From NCBI RefSeq assembly GCF_000020225.1, contig NC_010655.1, positions 330,001 through 362,000 of the forward strand: a stretch of DNA of 32,000 nt, read 5' to 3'. Position numbers and translations under genes: made by a program. Source of the stretch: Akkermansia muciniphila ATCC BAA-835. Its GTDB lineage: Bacteria; Verrucomicrobiota; Verrucomicrobiia; Verrucomicrobiales; Akkermansiaceae. Below the pieces are notes generated by a model. It ran no database searches. It was given only the letters and a program-made list of their open reading frames with translations, and had not been told where the DNA came from. Below, piece by piece: positions 16,027 to 27,229 of the stretch (position 1 is the stretch's first letter; the number at the start of each line of letters is the position of its first letter).

Positions 16027-17145
16027 ATGAATATCAGGACCCACATCCAGGCGCTTCTCATCTGTACCATGCCCCTGTCCGCACAGGGGCAAAGCATCGT
16101 GGATTCACGGGCCTCCCTTCCACGAGCCGTCCAGCTTCACGGGGATGAAGGCAGGGAAACGGTGCGGCCAGACGAATCCAAGCGCATCTCTCCGAAAGAA
16201 GCGCCGGCATCCCGTGTTCAGCCCCAGCGGATCGTCAACCGGATTGCCGCCACAGTCAACGGCCGTCCCATCACGGCCAATGAGGTCAGCGTGCGTCTCA
16301 TGCCCATCGGAGCACAGCTCGCGGCCCAGTATCCCAAACAGGGGCCCGAATTCTACAAGCAACTGGCCCTGGCGAAAAAAAACATCATTGAAGACCTGGT
16401 GGAGCGAGAACTGCTCCGCAATGAATTTGAAGGCATGGGCGGCGTCATTAGGGACTCTCTCATTGACCAGGAAGTCAACCGCACCATCCTGACCACCTTT
16501 AACGGAGATCGTTCCGCCTTCCTGAAAAACCTGAGCCTCTCCGGCATGACCATCCGCGCTTTCCGGGAAATGACGAAAAAACAGCTTCAGGTTCAAATCA
16601 TGCGGGCTTCCAAATACGACCAGGAAATACCGCCTACTCCGGAGGAAATACAGCAGGAATACGAATCTACCAAAGAACAATACCGGGACCTGACCAAAGA
16701 CAAAATCAAATTCAAGAAAATCTTCATTCCCATGCTGGGGGATGACTCCGCCTCCACGCCGGAAGTACAGCTGAACCTGGCGGAACTCATCGCCAAGGAA
16801 ATCAAATCCAAAAACGCCACCTTTGAGGAAATGGCCAAACGCTACTCCAAGGATCTATATGCGGAAAAAGGCGGTGACTGGCCCGTTACGGAACGCTCCA
16901 CGCTCTCCCCGGAATCCGCCGCCATCATCTTTGGCGCACAGCCCGGCGAAATCATCGGACCGTTGGTGGACTCCACCGGCTTCACCATCGTATTGGTGGA
17001 GAAAAAGGAACTGGCGCCGCCGCCCCCCCTCTCCGCCATCAAGGAGCAGATTGACATCATGGCGCGCAACAAGCGCAGCAATGAACGTTATAAAAAATGG
17101 GTGGAACGCCTCCGGAAAAAAGCCATCGTCAAAATATACATCTGA
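16027..17145 (+). CDS. SurA/PpiD-like periplasmic chaperone with a parvulin-type domain
   Basis: Signal peptide 'MNIRTHIQALLICTMPLSAQG'. SurA-N-like 'IVNRIAATVNGRPITANEV'. Parvulin-like region '...KKIFIP...EEMAKRYSKD..AEKGGDW...GEIIGPLVDSTGFTIVLV'. Both parvulin catalytic His positions appear substituted (K and T). Confidence 0.8.
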   Translation: MNIRTHIQALLICTMPLSAQGQSIVDSRASLPRAVQLHGDEGRETVRPDESKRISPKEAPASRVQPQRIVNRIAATVNGRPITANEVSVRLMPIGAQLAAQYPKQGPEFYKQLALAKKNIIEDLVERELLRNEFEGMGGVIRDSLIDQEVNRTILTTFNGDRSAFLKNLSLSGMTIRAFREMTKKQLQVQIMRASKYDQEIPPTPEEIQQEYESTKEQYRDLTKDKIKFKKIFIPMLGDDSASTPEVQLNLAELIAKEIKSKNATFEEMAKRYSKDLYAEKGGDWPVTERSTLSPESAAIIFGAQPGEIIGPLVDSTGFTIVLVEKKELAPPPPLSAIKEQIDIMARNKRSNERYKKWVERLRKKAIVKIYI

Positions 17146-17164
17146 TTCTTCTCCTTTCCCCATT

Positions 17165-17210
17165 GCCGGACCGGCCCATTCAACAAGGCCGGTCCGGCGT
17201 TCTCTCTTTC
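17165..17210 (+). terminator. Rho-independent terminator after the chaperone gene
   Basis: Perfect 12-bp stem GCCGGACCGGCC / GGCCGGTCCGGC with a 10-nt loop, then the T-rich tail gttctctctttcatttc. Confidence 0.7.
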
Positions 17211-17441
17211 ATTTCCCCTGTTTTTCTTTCCGCCAACCGTTCCGTCCGCTCTCCTTCTCCTGCCGGGGGCATCTTCCTCTCGCCCATATCTCTGGAAGAC
17301 GCCTTCATACATAACTGGACGGCGGCCGCAAGTCATCCCGCCTGACGCGTGGAACCCTGCTGACGTAATCCGGGCAGAAACCGTATCCTGCTGAATAAAA
17401 ATCTTGCAAGATGGCAGATTTCCAGTCGTAATATCACAGAT

Positions 17442-20402
17442 ATGTTCACCAATATTACACGCACGACCCTCTGCATTACTGCGTTCAGCATCGCCAGCCT
17501 CATGGCGGCGCCTCTGAATGCAACCAAAACGGAGAGCCTGGATTGGAACTGGAAATTCGCCCGTTTCGGGAAAATGCCGGATGGCAGTACGCAACCGGAA
17601 CCGGGAAAAGCCATGGGATTCGCCACTGCCACCAGTGAAGAATCCGGCAATCCGGCGGACAATGCCGTGGACGGGGACAAGTCCACCCGCTGGTGTGCCG
17701 CCAGTGGCAAAAGCGGAGAAAAAATCACCGTGGACATGGGACGCCCCGTAGATGTAAAAACCGTTAACATCCTGTGGGAAAAACAAAGCAACCATCTTTT
17801 CAAGCTGGAAGGCTCCGGTGACGGAAAACGCTGGGCAACTATTGAAGACAAAACTTCCGGGCAAAACGACTCCAAGGAAGACACGGTAGAAAACAAAACC
17901 GGCAAACCGCGATACTTCCGCATCACCGTCACGGGCAACAACCAGAGCAACTGGGCCAGCATCCGTGAAATCACCTTTAAAAACGACAAGGGGGAAATTA
18001 TCCGCCCTCAGGCCGCCGCCGGAACCAGTAAGGCGGACAATCCCTCCAGCCCCTCTTTCAACGACAAAAACTGGCGTTCCTTGAACCTGCCGCACGACTG
18101 GGGCGTGGAAGGACCCTTCCGGATGGAAATTGAAAACAGAACCGGAAAACTCCCCTGGGTCGGCATTGGCTGGTACCGCAAAACGCTGGAAATCCCGGCG
18201 GACGCCAAGGGCAACCAATTCTATCTGGACTTTGACGGCGTTATGTCCCGCCCCAAAATTTATGTGAACGGACACCTGGCCGGCGAATGGAAATACGGTT
18301 ACAGCTCCTTCCGCGTGGACATCACGCCCTTCCTGAAATTCGGGCAGCAAAATACCATTGCCGTCAGAGTGGACAATCCCCCCAGCACCTCCCGATGGTA
18401 TCCGGGCGGCGGCATCTACCGCCATGTGTGGCTCACGGAATCCAACCCTGTGCACATCGAACACTGGGGCGTTTTCGTCAAAACTCCGGAAATCACCAAA
18501 TCCGCCGCCAAGGTAGAAGTGGACACCACGGTGAAAAACACCACGGACAAAGCCGTCATCCCCACTGTTACTGAAGAAATCCTGGACGGAGGTAAAATCG
18601 TAGCCTCCACAACCACCAAAGGGGAAGAAATTCCCGCCGGGGAAAAGGGCAAAATCACCAGTACGCTGACGCTCAAAAACCCCACTCTGTGGACGCTAAA
18701 CGCTCCCCATCTGTATAAGATGAAAACCACGGTCAGGATGGGAGACAAAGTCATAGACCAAAAATTCACCAACTTCGGCGTAAGAACCGTTGAATGGAAA
18801 CCCACGGGATTCTACCTTAACGGGGAGCGCGTGCAGCTCAAGGGCGTTTGCCAGCACCATGACCTGGGACCGCTCGGCTCCGCCGCCCACACGCGAGGCT
18901 ATGAACGCCAGATTGAAATCCTGAAGGAATTCGGCGTCAACTCCATCCGCACGTCCCACAACCCGCCTGCGCCGGAAGTGCTGGACCTGTGCGATAAAAT
19001 GGGCATCCTGGTCATTGACGAACTTTTCGACGTATGGCAATGCTCCAAAGAAGGCGTCAACAACGAATCCTTTAACGAATGGCATGAACGGGACGTGGTT
19101 AACCTCTGCCACCGGGACCGAAACCACCCCTGTGTCATTGCATGGAGTTCGGGAAATGAAGTTCCGGAACAGGGAATGAAAAATCTGCACCATATCTCCC
19201 AAACCCTGACGGATCTTTTCCACCGGGAAGACCCCACGCGTAAAGTGACTTCCGGCTGCAACAACGCCAATGCCGCACGCAACGGCTTTGGGGACACCCT
19301 GGATGTTTACGGCTATAACTACAAGCCCTGGGCCTACAAGGACTTCGCCAAGGACCGCCCCCACCAGCCGTTCTATGGTGCGGAAACCGCCTCCTGTGTC
19401 AGCTCCCGCGGAGAATACTTCTTCCCCGTGGACTGGAACAAAGGCAAGGGATTCTACCTCTACCAGGTCAGTTCCTATGACCTGTACGCCCCCGGCTGGG
19501 CCAACCGTCCGGATGTGGAATTCGCCGCTCAGGAAGACAATCCCAACAGCGCGGGAGAATATGTATGGACGGGCTTTGACTACATTGGGGAACCCACCCC
19601 GTACAATCTGGACGCCACCAACGCCCTGAACGTGCCGGAAGGGCCGGAACGCGAAAAGCTGATGGCGGAACTCAAAAAACTGGGAGACCGCGCCCCCTCC
19701 CGCAGCTCCTACTTCGGCATCGTGGACCTGTGCGGCTTCAAAAAGGACCGCTTCTACATCTACCAGGCCCACTGGAGGCCGGATCTCAAGATGGCGCACA
19801 TCCTGCCGCACTGGAACTGGCCGGAACGCAAGGGGCAGGTAACGCCCGTGCATGTCTACACCAGCGGGGATGAAGCGGAACTCTTCCTGAATGGGAAATC
19901 CCAGGGCGTCCGCAAAAAGGGCACCGGGGAAAAGGACCGCTACCGCCTCGTGTGGGAAGACGTTAAATACACGCCCGGCACCCTCAAAGTAGTCGCCAAA
20001 AAGGACGGTAAAATCTGGGCTACGGACACGGTAACCACTACCGGAAAACCTGCGGCGCTCACCCTCAAGCCGGACCGCAATGAAATCAAGGGAGACGGCT
20101 ATGACCTGTCTTATGTCACCGTAGCCGTCCGCGACGCCCAGGGCCGTATGGTGCCCCGAAGCAAAAACCAGCTCACCTTCAAGGTAAGCGGCCCCGCGGA
20201 CATCGCCGGCATCTGCAACGGTGATCCCACGGACTTCACCACCATGGCGAATCCGGAAAACAAGAAAATCATGAAAATCAAGGCCTTCAATGGTCTTGCC
20301 CAGGTCATTCTGCGCTCCCGCAAGGGAGAATCCGGAAAAGTGACGCTCCAAGTCATCTCCAACGGACTCAAGCCGGCTCAGACAACTGTGACGGTCAAAT
20401 AA
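17442..20402 (+). CDS. Glycoside hydrolase family 2 (beta-galactosidase-like) with an F5/8 type C (discoidin/CBM32-like) module
   Basis: 986 aa with signal peptide 'MFTNITRTTLCITAFSIASLMAAPLNA'. Discoidin signature 'ADNAVDGDKSTRWCA...ITVDMG....V..V.I.WE' at about 17613..17984. GH2 motifs 'WRSLNLPHDWGVEG', 'GGIYRHVWL' and 'HPCVIAWSSGNE' (acid/base region). C-terminal Ig-like domains. Confidence 0.88.
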   Translation: MFTNITRTTLCITAFSIASLMAAPLNATKTESLDWNWKFARFGKMPDGSTQPEPGKAMGFATATSEESGNPADNAVDGDKSTRWCAASGKSGEKITVDMGRPVDVKTVNILWEKQSNHLFKLEGSGDGKRWATIEDKTSGQNDSKEDTVENKTGKPRYFRITVTGNNQSNWASIREITFKNDKGEIIRPQAAAGTSKADNPSSPSFNDKNWRSLNLPHDWGVEGPFRMEIENRTGKLPWVGIGWYRKTLEIPADAKGNQFYLDFDGVMSRPKIYVNGHLAGEWKYGYSSFRVDITPFLKFGQQNTIAVRVDNPPSTSRWYPGGGIYRHVWLTESNPVHIEHWGVFVKTPEITKSAAKVEVDTTVKNTTDKAVIPTVTEEILDGGKIVASTTTKGEEIPAGEKGKITSTLTLKNPTLWTLNAPHLYKMKTTVRMGDKVIDQKFTNFGVRTVEWKPTGFYLNGERVQLKGVCQHHDLGPLGSAAHTRGYERQIEILKEFGVNSIRTSHNPPAPEVLDLCDKMGILVIDELFDVWQCSKEGVNNESFNEWHERDVVNLCHRDRNHPCVIAWSSGNEVPEQGMKNLHHISQTLTDLFHREDPTRKVTSGCNNANAARNGFGDTLDVYGYNYKPWAYKDFAKDRPHQPFYGAETASCVSSRGEYFFPVDWNKGKGFYLYQVSSYDLYAPGWANRPDVEFAAQEDNPNSAGEYVWTGFDYIGEPTPYNLDATNALNVPEGPEREKLMAELKKLGDRAPSRSSYFGIVDLCGFKKDRFYIYQAHWRPDLKMAHILPHWNWPERKGQVTPVHVYTSGDEAELFLNGKSQGVRKKGTGEKDRYRLVWEDVKYTPGTLKVVAKKDGKIWATDTVTTTGKPAALTLKPDRNEIKGDGYDLSYVTVAVRDAQGRMVPRSKNQLTFKVSGPADIAGICNGDPTDFTTMANPENKKIMKIKAFNGLAQVILRSRKGESGKVTLQVISNGLKPAQTTVTVK

Positions 20403-20426
20403 AAAAACAGGAAAAACTCCGTTCCA

Positions 20427-20461
20427 GCCGCCGGGCTCCATCAGGAACCCGGCGGCTTTTT
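20427..20461 (+). terminator. Rho-independent terminator after the GH2 gene
   Basis: GCCGCCGGG / CCCGGCGGC 9-bp stem with a 12-nt loop, followed by TTTTT. Confidence 0.8.
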
Positions 20462-20555
20462 CATCACATTATTCCGGGGAAAAAGAGCCATCTTTCCACC
20501 CTCTCCCGGACAGGTAGGGATTGAAAGAAAAAAACTTTATGCTACCCTTTTGCCC

Positions 20556-23228
<2,673 letters not shown>

Positions 23229-23246
23229 CCATCTATCATTCCGGGA

Positions 23247-24089
23247 ATGAATAATATTCAAAAGTACTTTGCCGGCCGCGAGCAATTCATTGAATTGCTT
23301 GAAGCGGTGGGCATACGTACTCTTGAACAATTCGCTTCCGCGGACCCCTCCACCGTTTTGCCTGAACTTCACCAGGCAAAACGGATGCTGAAACTGCAGA
23401 CGGAAATTCCTTCCGCTCCCGTTTTCAGGGAATGGGTGAATCAGGCTCTTTCCTCTCCTACTGCGCCGGAACCGGAGCTTCTTCCCATCCATGAGGGCGA
23501 CGGCCTCCCCCTTGCCACTCCCGTTGACCCTCCGATTACTGATTCTTTAGAAAACAGAAGGGAACGTGGGCGTTCCCATACGGACGGACCTCCAAAACAT
23601 CTCTCCGCTAAGGCCAGGCTGCAGGAAGAACACAGCTACCAGCCCGCAAAACATGTTCACACCCACAAGGAGCCGAAAACCTACCTTCGCAAAAAAGGCA
23701 TCAAGCACATGACCTCCTTCCGGACATGGATGGGAGCCGTTATCGTCCTGCTCCTGTTCATCTGCATCCTCTTCTCCATTTCGGTCACCACCCTTGTGCT
23801 TCTCAATGGAGAACGAGGCTGGCCGTTAATCAGCCTCTGCTTCGGCCCCTGGATTCTGGCGCTGGTTCTCTATCTTTCCCTGGCGCTTCCCCGGAAATGC
23901 AGCGTGTGCAGGGCCCATGTCTTTTCCTTTAAAAAATACACCCGCAATAAGGCGGCCCACCACATTCCCCTGTTCGGCTACGTATTCGCCACGGCACTGC
24001 ATATATTCCTCTTCCGCTGGTTCCGTTGCCCGGCCTGCGGTTCCTCCCAGCAACTGGGAAAACCCCGTACCGAACCGCACAGGCATTAA
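23247..24089 (+). CDS. Hypothetical membrane protein with a Cys-pair (split zinc-ribbon-like) C-terminus
   Basis: 280 aa. Soluble N-terminal helical region 'FIELLEAVGIRTLEQFASADP' (HhH-like), a basic low-complexity linker, and TM segments. 'CSVC' and 'CPAC' pairs are separated by a hydrophobic hairpin. Starts 18 nt after valS. Confidence 0.6.
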   Translation: MNNIQKYFAGREQFIELLEAVGIRTLEQFASADPSTVLPELHQAKRMLKLQTEIPSAPVFREWVNQALSSPTAPEPELLPIHEGDGLPLATPVDPPITDSLENRRERGRSHTDGPPKHLSAKARLQEEHSYQPAKHVHTHKEPKTYLRKKGIKHMTSFRTWMGAVIVLLLFICILFSISVTTLVLLNGERGWPLISLCFGPWILALVLYLSLALPRKCSVCRAHVFSFKKYTRNKAAHHIPLFGYVFATALHIFLFRWFRCPACGSSQQLGKPRTEPHRH

Positions 24090-24650
24090 CGAAGCTTAAT
24101 TCCTGCGCCAGGCTTCACGGTATCCCGGCCTCCTGCCTCCTTTCTTCCCCTTACCTGGCATTCGGAAGGCGGTTCCTCCATCTGTCCGTCCCTTCCATTA
24201 TCTGCCCCTATTCCCTGCACTTCAACCCCACGCTCTGACGGGACAGGAAGCCCCTGCCCGCTTCCGTATCTCATGGAACGGCTCCCGGCAACGAATCCCC
24301 CCTTCCCGGTAACTTATTCTATAAAGAGCCACCATTAGGAACCGCCTCAAAACCGGATCGGAAAAATCCGGCAAGAAGGCCGTTTCTCCGTCTCTTCCGG
24401 ATAAATACGTTTCCTCCTTCCTCCGGATATCCCAGCAACTCAAACATGCGTTCAACGTCATGGAAAAGCATATCCCTGAAAACGGCAGTCCAGGAAAACA
24501 AGCGGACATTTCAACAACCGGAATTCCCCCTTCATTAACCTATTCCGGATTTGCCGGCCTCGTGCGCCAGGCAAGGGCTGCGCTCCGGCAACCTTCTCCC
24601 TATATGGGAAGCACACCGTAATGAAAACTTATCAGAAAAACGGGGACAAT

Positions 24651-24684
24651 AAAAAACGCCATCCTCCTTTTCGGAGGATGGCGT
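24651..24684 (-). terminator. Strong rho-independent terminator immediately after rplN
   Basis: Perfect 12-bp stem (plus strand acgccatcctcc 24656..24667 and ggaggatggcgt 24673..24684) with a 5-nt loop. On the minus strand it is followed by a T-run. It starts 22 nt after the rplN TAA. Confidence 0.85.
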
Positions 24685-24706
24685 CCAAAATCCTGAGGCG
24701 TCTCGG

Positions 24707-25072
24707 TTAGAGCACTTCCGGAGCAAGGGAAACAATCTTCATGAACTTCTTTTCACGGAGTTCACGAGCGACCGGCCCGAAAATACGGGTGCCGCGCGGG
24801 TTGTTGTCCTTGTCGATGATGACGACGGCATTGCCGTCAAAACGAAGCACGGAACCGTCATCACGGCGAATCGGGGCGGCAGTGCGCACTACCACGGCCT
24901 TCACCACGGTTCCTTTCTTCACGGAAGCGGTGGGAATGGATTCGCGGATATGGCAGGTAATAATATCGCCAATGTGAGCCTGACGGGTGCGCTTGCCGAT
25001 AACGCCAATCATCTTGGCGGAGCGGGCGCCGGTATTGTCGGCTACCTGGACTAGGGATTCCATCTGGATCAT
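24707..25072 (-). CDS. rplN: 50S ribosomal protein L14 (uL14)
   Basis: 121 aa: '[16 protein letters not shown]...GDIITC.I.......[13 protein letters not shown]'. Confidence 0.97.
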   Translation of the reverse strand: MIQMESLVQVADNTGARSAKMIGVIGKRTRQAHIGDIITCHIRESIPTASVKKGTVVKAVVVRTAAPIRRDDGSVLRFDGNAVVIIDKDNNPRGTRIFGPVARELREKKFMKIVSLAPEVL

Positions 25073-25109
25073 GGTATCAAATCTCCTTTACTTAATGGTT
25101 GATTCCTGA

Positions 25110-25382
25110 TTAATGGGTAAGCACTTCCACCAGTTCCCAGCACTTCAGCTTGGAAAGCGGGCGGGTTTCAACGATACGTACCTTATCGCCTACCTTGGCC
25201 GTGGAATTTTCGTCATGGGCATAGAACTTCTTGCTCTTCTTGACGATCTTCTTGAACTTGGGGTGCGGAACGCGGGCAACGTATTCCACAACGATGGTCT
25301 TGTCCATCTTGGTGGAAGTCACCACGCCGACGCGCGTCTTGCGAAGGCCGGGCTTCTTGGTTGTTTCGGTTTGTTCGGACAT
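25110..25382 (-). CDS. rpsQ: 30S ribosomal protein S17 (uS17)
   Basis: 90 aa: '[19 protein letters not shown]......[20 protein letters not shown]...[16 protein letters not shown]'. Confidence 0.96.
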   Translation of the reverse strand: MSEQTETTKKPGLRKTRVGVVTSTKMDKTIVVEYVARVPHPKFKKIVKKSKKFYAHDENSTAKVGDKVRIVETRPLSKLKCWELVEVLTH

Positions 25383-25430
25383 TGGATTCTAAAAGTGTTA
25401 GAATATTCTGTAATTACCGGAAATCCTCAA

Positions 25431-25634
25431 TTAAACCTCCCCGGTTTCACCCTTAATGGTAAGGGCGCGGGCAAGGTCCTTGCGGACGGTGCGAATTCTC
25501 TGGTTGTTTTCCAGCTGGCCGGTGGCCTGCTGGAGGCGGAGATTGAAAAGTTCTTCACGAAGGCTGCGCACCAGAGCGGAAAGCTCCTTGGCGGACATAG
25601 CACGAAGTTCTTTGGCGGAGTTCTTATCGGACAT
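25431..25634 (-). CDS. rpmC: 50S ribosomal protein L29 (uL29)
   Basis: 67 aa: 'ELRAMSAKEL...LREELFNLRLQQATGQLENNQRIRTVRKDLAR'. Confidence 0.95.
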   Translation of the reverse strand: MSDKNSAKELRAMSAKELSALVRSLREELFNLRLQQATGQLENNQRIRTVRKDLARALTIKGETGEV

Positions 25635-25648
25635 GGTGATGAGTAGCT

Positions 25649-26071
25649 TTAGTGTTGAACGCCTTGACGATAGACGAAGCGGGTGGATACGCCCAGCTTG
25701 TTGGAAGCCAGTCGAAGGGCTTCACGCGCCTGGGATTCGGTCACGCCGCCTACTTCAAACAGAATGTTGCCGGGGCGGACAACGGCTACCCAGCCTTCCA
25801 CGGCGCCCTTACCCTTACCCATACGAGTATCCGGGGGACGGGACGTAAAGGATTTCTGCGGGAAAATGCGGATGAACACCTTACCTTTACGTTTCAGGTA
25901 ACGGTTGATCGCAATACGGCAGGCTTCAATCTGGTTGTTGGTGATCCAACCGCGGTCGAGCACCTGAAGGCCGAAGTCACCAAAAGCAACATAGGTACCG
26001 CTGGTGGCATTGCCGGAACGGCTGCCGCGGTGCATCTTGCGGTGCTTCACTCTCTTGGGCATTAAAGGCAT
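25649..26071 (-). CDS. rplP: 50S ribosomal protein L16 (uL16)
   Basis: 140 aa: '[13 protein letters not shown]...G..V.FGDFGLQ' and 'IRIFP....T..P...RMGKGKG'. Confidence 0.97.
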   Translation of the reverse strand: MPLMPKRVKHRKMHRGSRSGNATSGTYVAFGDFGLQVLDRGWITNNQIEACRIAINRYLKRKGKVFIRIFPQKSFTSRPPDTRMGKGKGAVEGWVAVVRPGNILFEVGGVTESQAREALRLASNKLGVSTRFVYRQGVQH

Positions 26072-26123
26072 ATCTTATTCCTCCTTGTGTTAAGTGTGAT
26101 GAACAAATGTGGTAGCGGCTTTC

Positions 26124-26813
26124 TTAGGCGCGCGGACGACGGGGTCCGCGAGGGCCGGACGGACGGGAATTCTGCTGGGAGACGACTTCATCGCGCTTGT
26201 TGACCCAGCACTTCACACCGATGATGCCGTACAGGGTACGGGCTTCGGCAAAGCCGTAGTCAATCGGAGTGCGGAGCGTCTGCAACGGCACCTTGCCTTC
26301 GCGGTACCATTCGGCACGGGCAATGTCAGCCCCGCCAAGACGGCCGGCGCAGCGGATGCGGATGCCGTCGGCCCCGCGTTCCATGGCAACCTGCACGGCG
26401 CGCTTCATGGCGCGGCGGAAGGAAACGCGGCGTTCCAGTTGAACAGCCACGTTCTCTGCAATAAGCTGGGCGTCCGTTTCAGGGGAACGGATTTCCACAA
26501 TGTCAATGTTGACCTGGGTGGAAGCGCCGCACAGGCCCTGGAGGTACTGGCGGATCTTTTCAATTTCCTCACCCTTGCGGCCAATGACAAGCCCCGGACG
26601 GGCAGTGTGGACGGTGATGCGGACACTGTTCCAGGCGCGTTCAATCACGATGCTGGAAACGGCGGCGGACATCAACTGTTCCTTGATGTACTTGCGCATC
26701 ACCAAGTCTTCATGCAGCTTGGTGGCGTAATCCTGGCCCGTGGCGTACCACTTGGAGCGCCAGTCCTTGTTGACGGCGAGGCGGAACCCGATTGGATTTA
26801 CTTTCTGACCCAT
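26124..26813 (-). CDS. rpsC: 30S ribosomal protein S3 (uS3)
   Basis: 229 aa: '[24 protein letters not shown]', a KH domain, and '[23 protein letters not shown]'. Confidence 0.97.
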   Translation of the reverse strand: MGQKVNPIGFRLAVNKDWRSKWYATGQDYATKLHEDLVMRKYIKEQLMSAAVSSIVIERAWNSVRITVHTARPGLVIGRKGEEIEKIRQYLQGLCGASTQVNIDIVEIRSPETDAQLIAENVAVQLERRVSFRRAMKRAVQVAMERGADGIRIRCAGRLGGADIARAEWYREGKVPLQTLRTPIDYGFAEARTLYGIIGVKCWVNKRDEVVSQQNSRPSGPRGPRRPRA

Positions 26814-26852
26814 GATATTAGTTCAGCTATATGTGTGTTAGATTGGTATGGC

Positions 26853-27191
26853 CTAGCCTTCTTGATCGGCCAGGATAACGGTGATATGGGATGTACGCTT
26901 GCGGATCATGTTGGCGGATCCGCGGGCGCGGGGCATCGTGCGGCGCATCGTGGGCCCTTCATCGACCATGACGGACTTGACCACCAGCGTATCAACGGAC
27001 AGTTCCGCATTATTCTCGGCGTTGGCCAACGCGGACTTGAGCGTCTTATTCAGCAGGTAGGCACCTTTCTTGGGGGTGTAGGACAGGATGTCGGTCGCCT
27101 GGGAGACGGACAAGCCTTGGATTTCTTGAGCAACATCGCGCATCTTCTTGGCGGAGATGCGGGCGTATTTGTAAACAGCTTTCACTTCCAT
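26853..27191 (-). CDS. rplV: 50S ribosomal protein L22 (uL22)
   Basis: 112 aa: 'ARISAKKMRDVAQEIQG.SV..A..IL.YTPKK.A....K.L.SA.ANAE'. GAGGA lies upstream of the ATG. Confidence 0.96.
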   Translation of the reverse strand: MEVKAVYKYARISAKKMRDVAQEIQGLSVSQATDILSYTPKKGAYLLNKTLKSALANAENNAELSVDTLVVKSVMVDEGPTMRRTMPRARGSANMIRKRTSHITVILADQEG

Positions 27192-27229
27192 GGGTTTTTC
27201 CTCGTAGTGCAGGTTATTATGAAGATGAT

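Noticed and set aside
24222-24735. Short minus-strand ORFs (95, 60 and 66 aa) in the spacer after rplN as real genes or as rplX remnants
   Set aside because: They do not resemble L24 (no KGD...GKDKG-type N-terminus) or any family I recognise. They overlap one another in different frames, and one runs through the rplN terminator.
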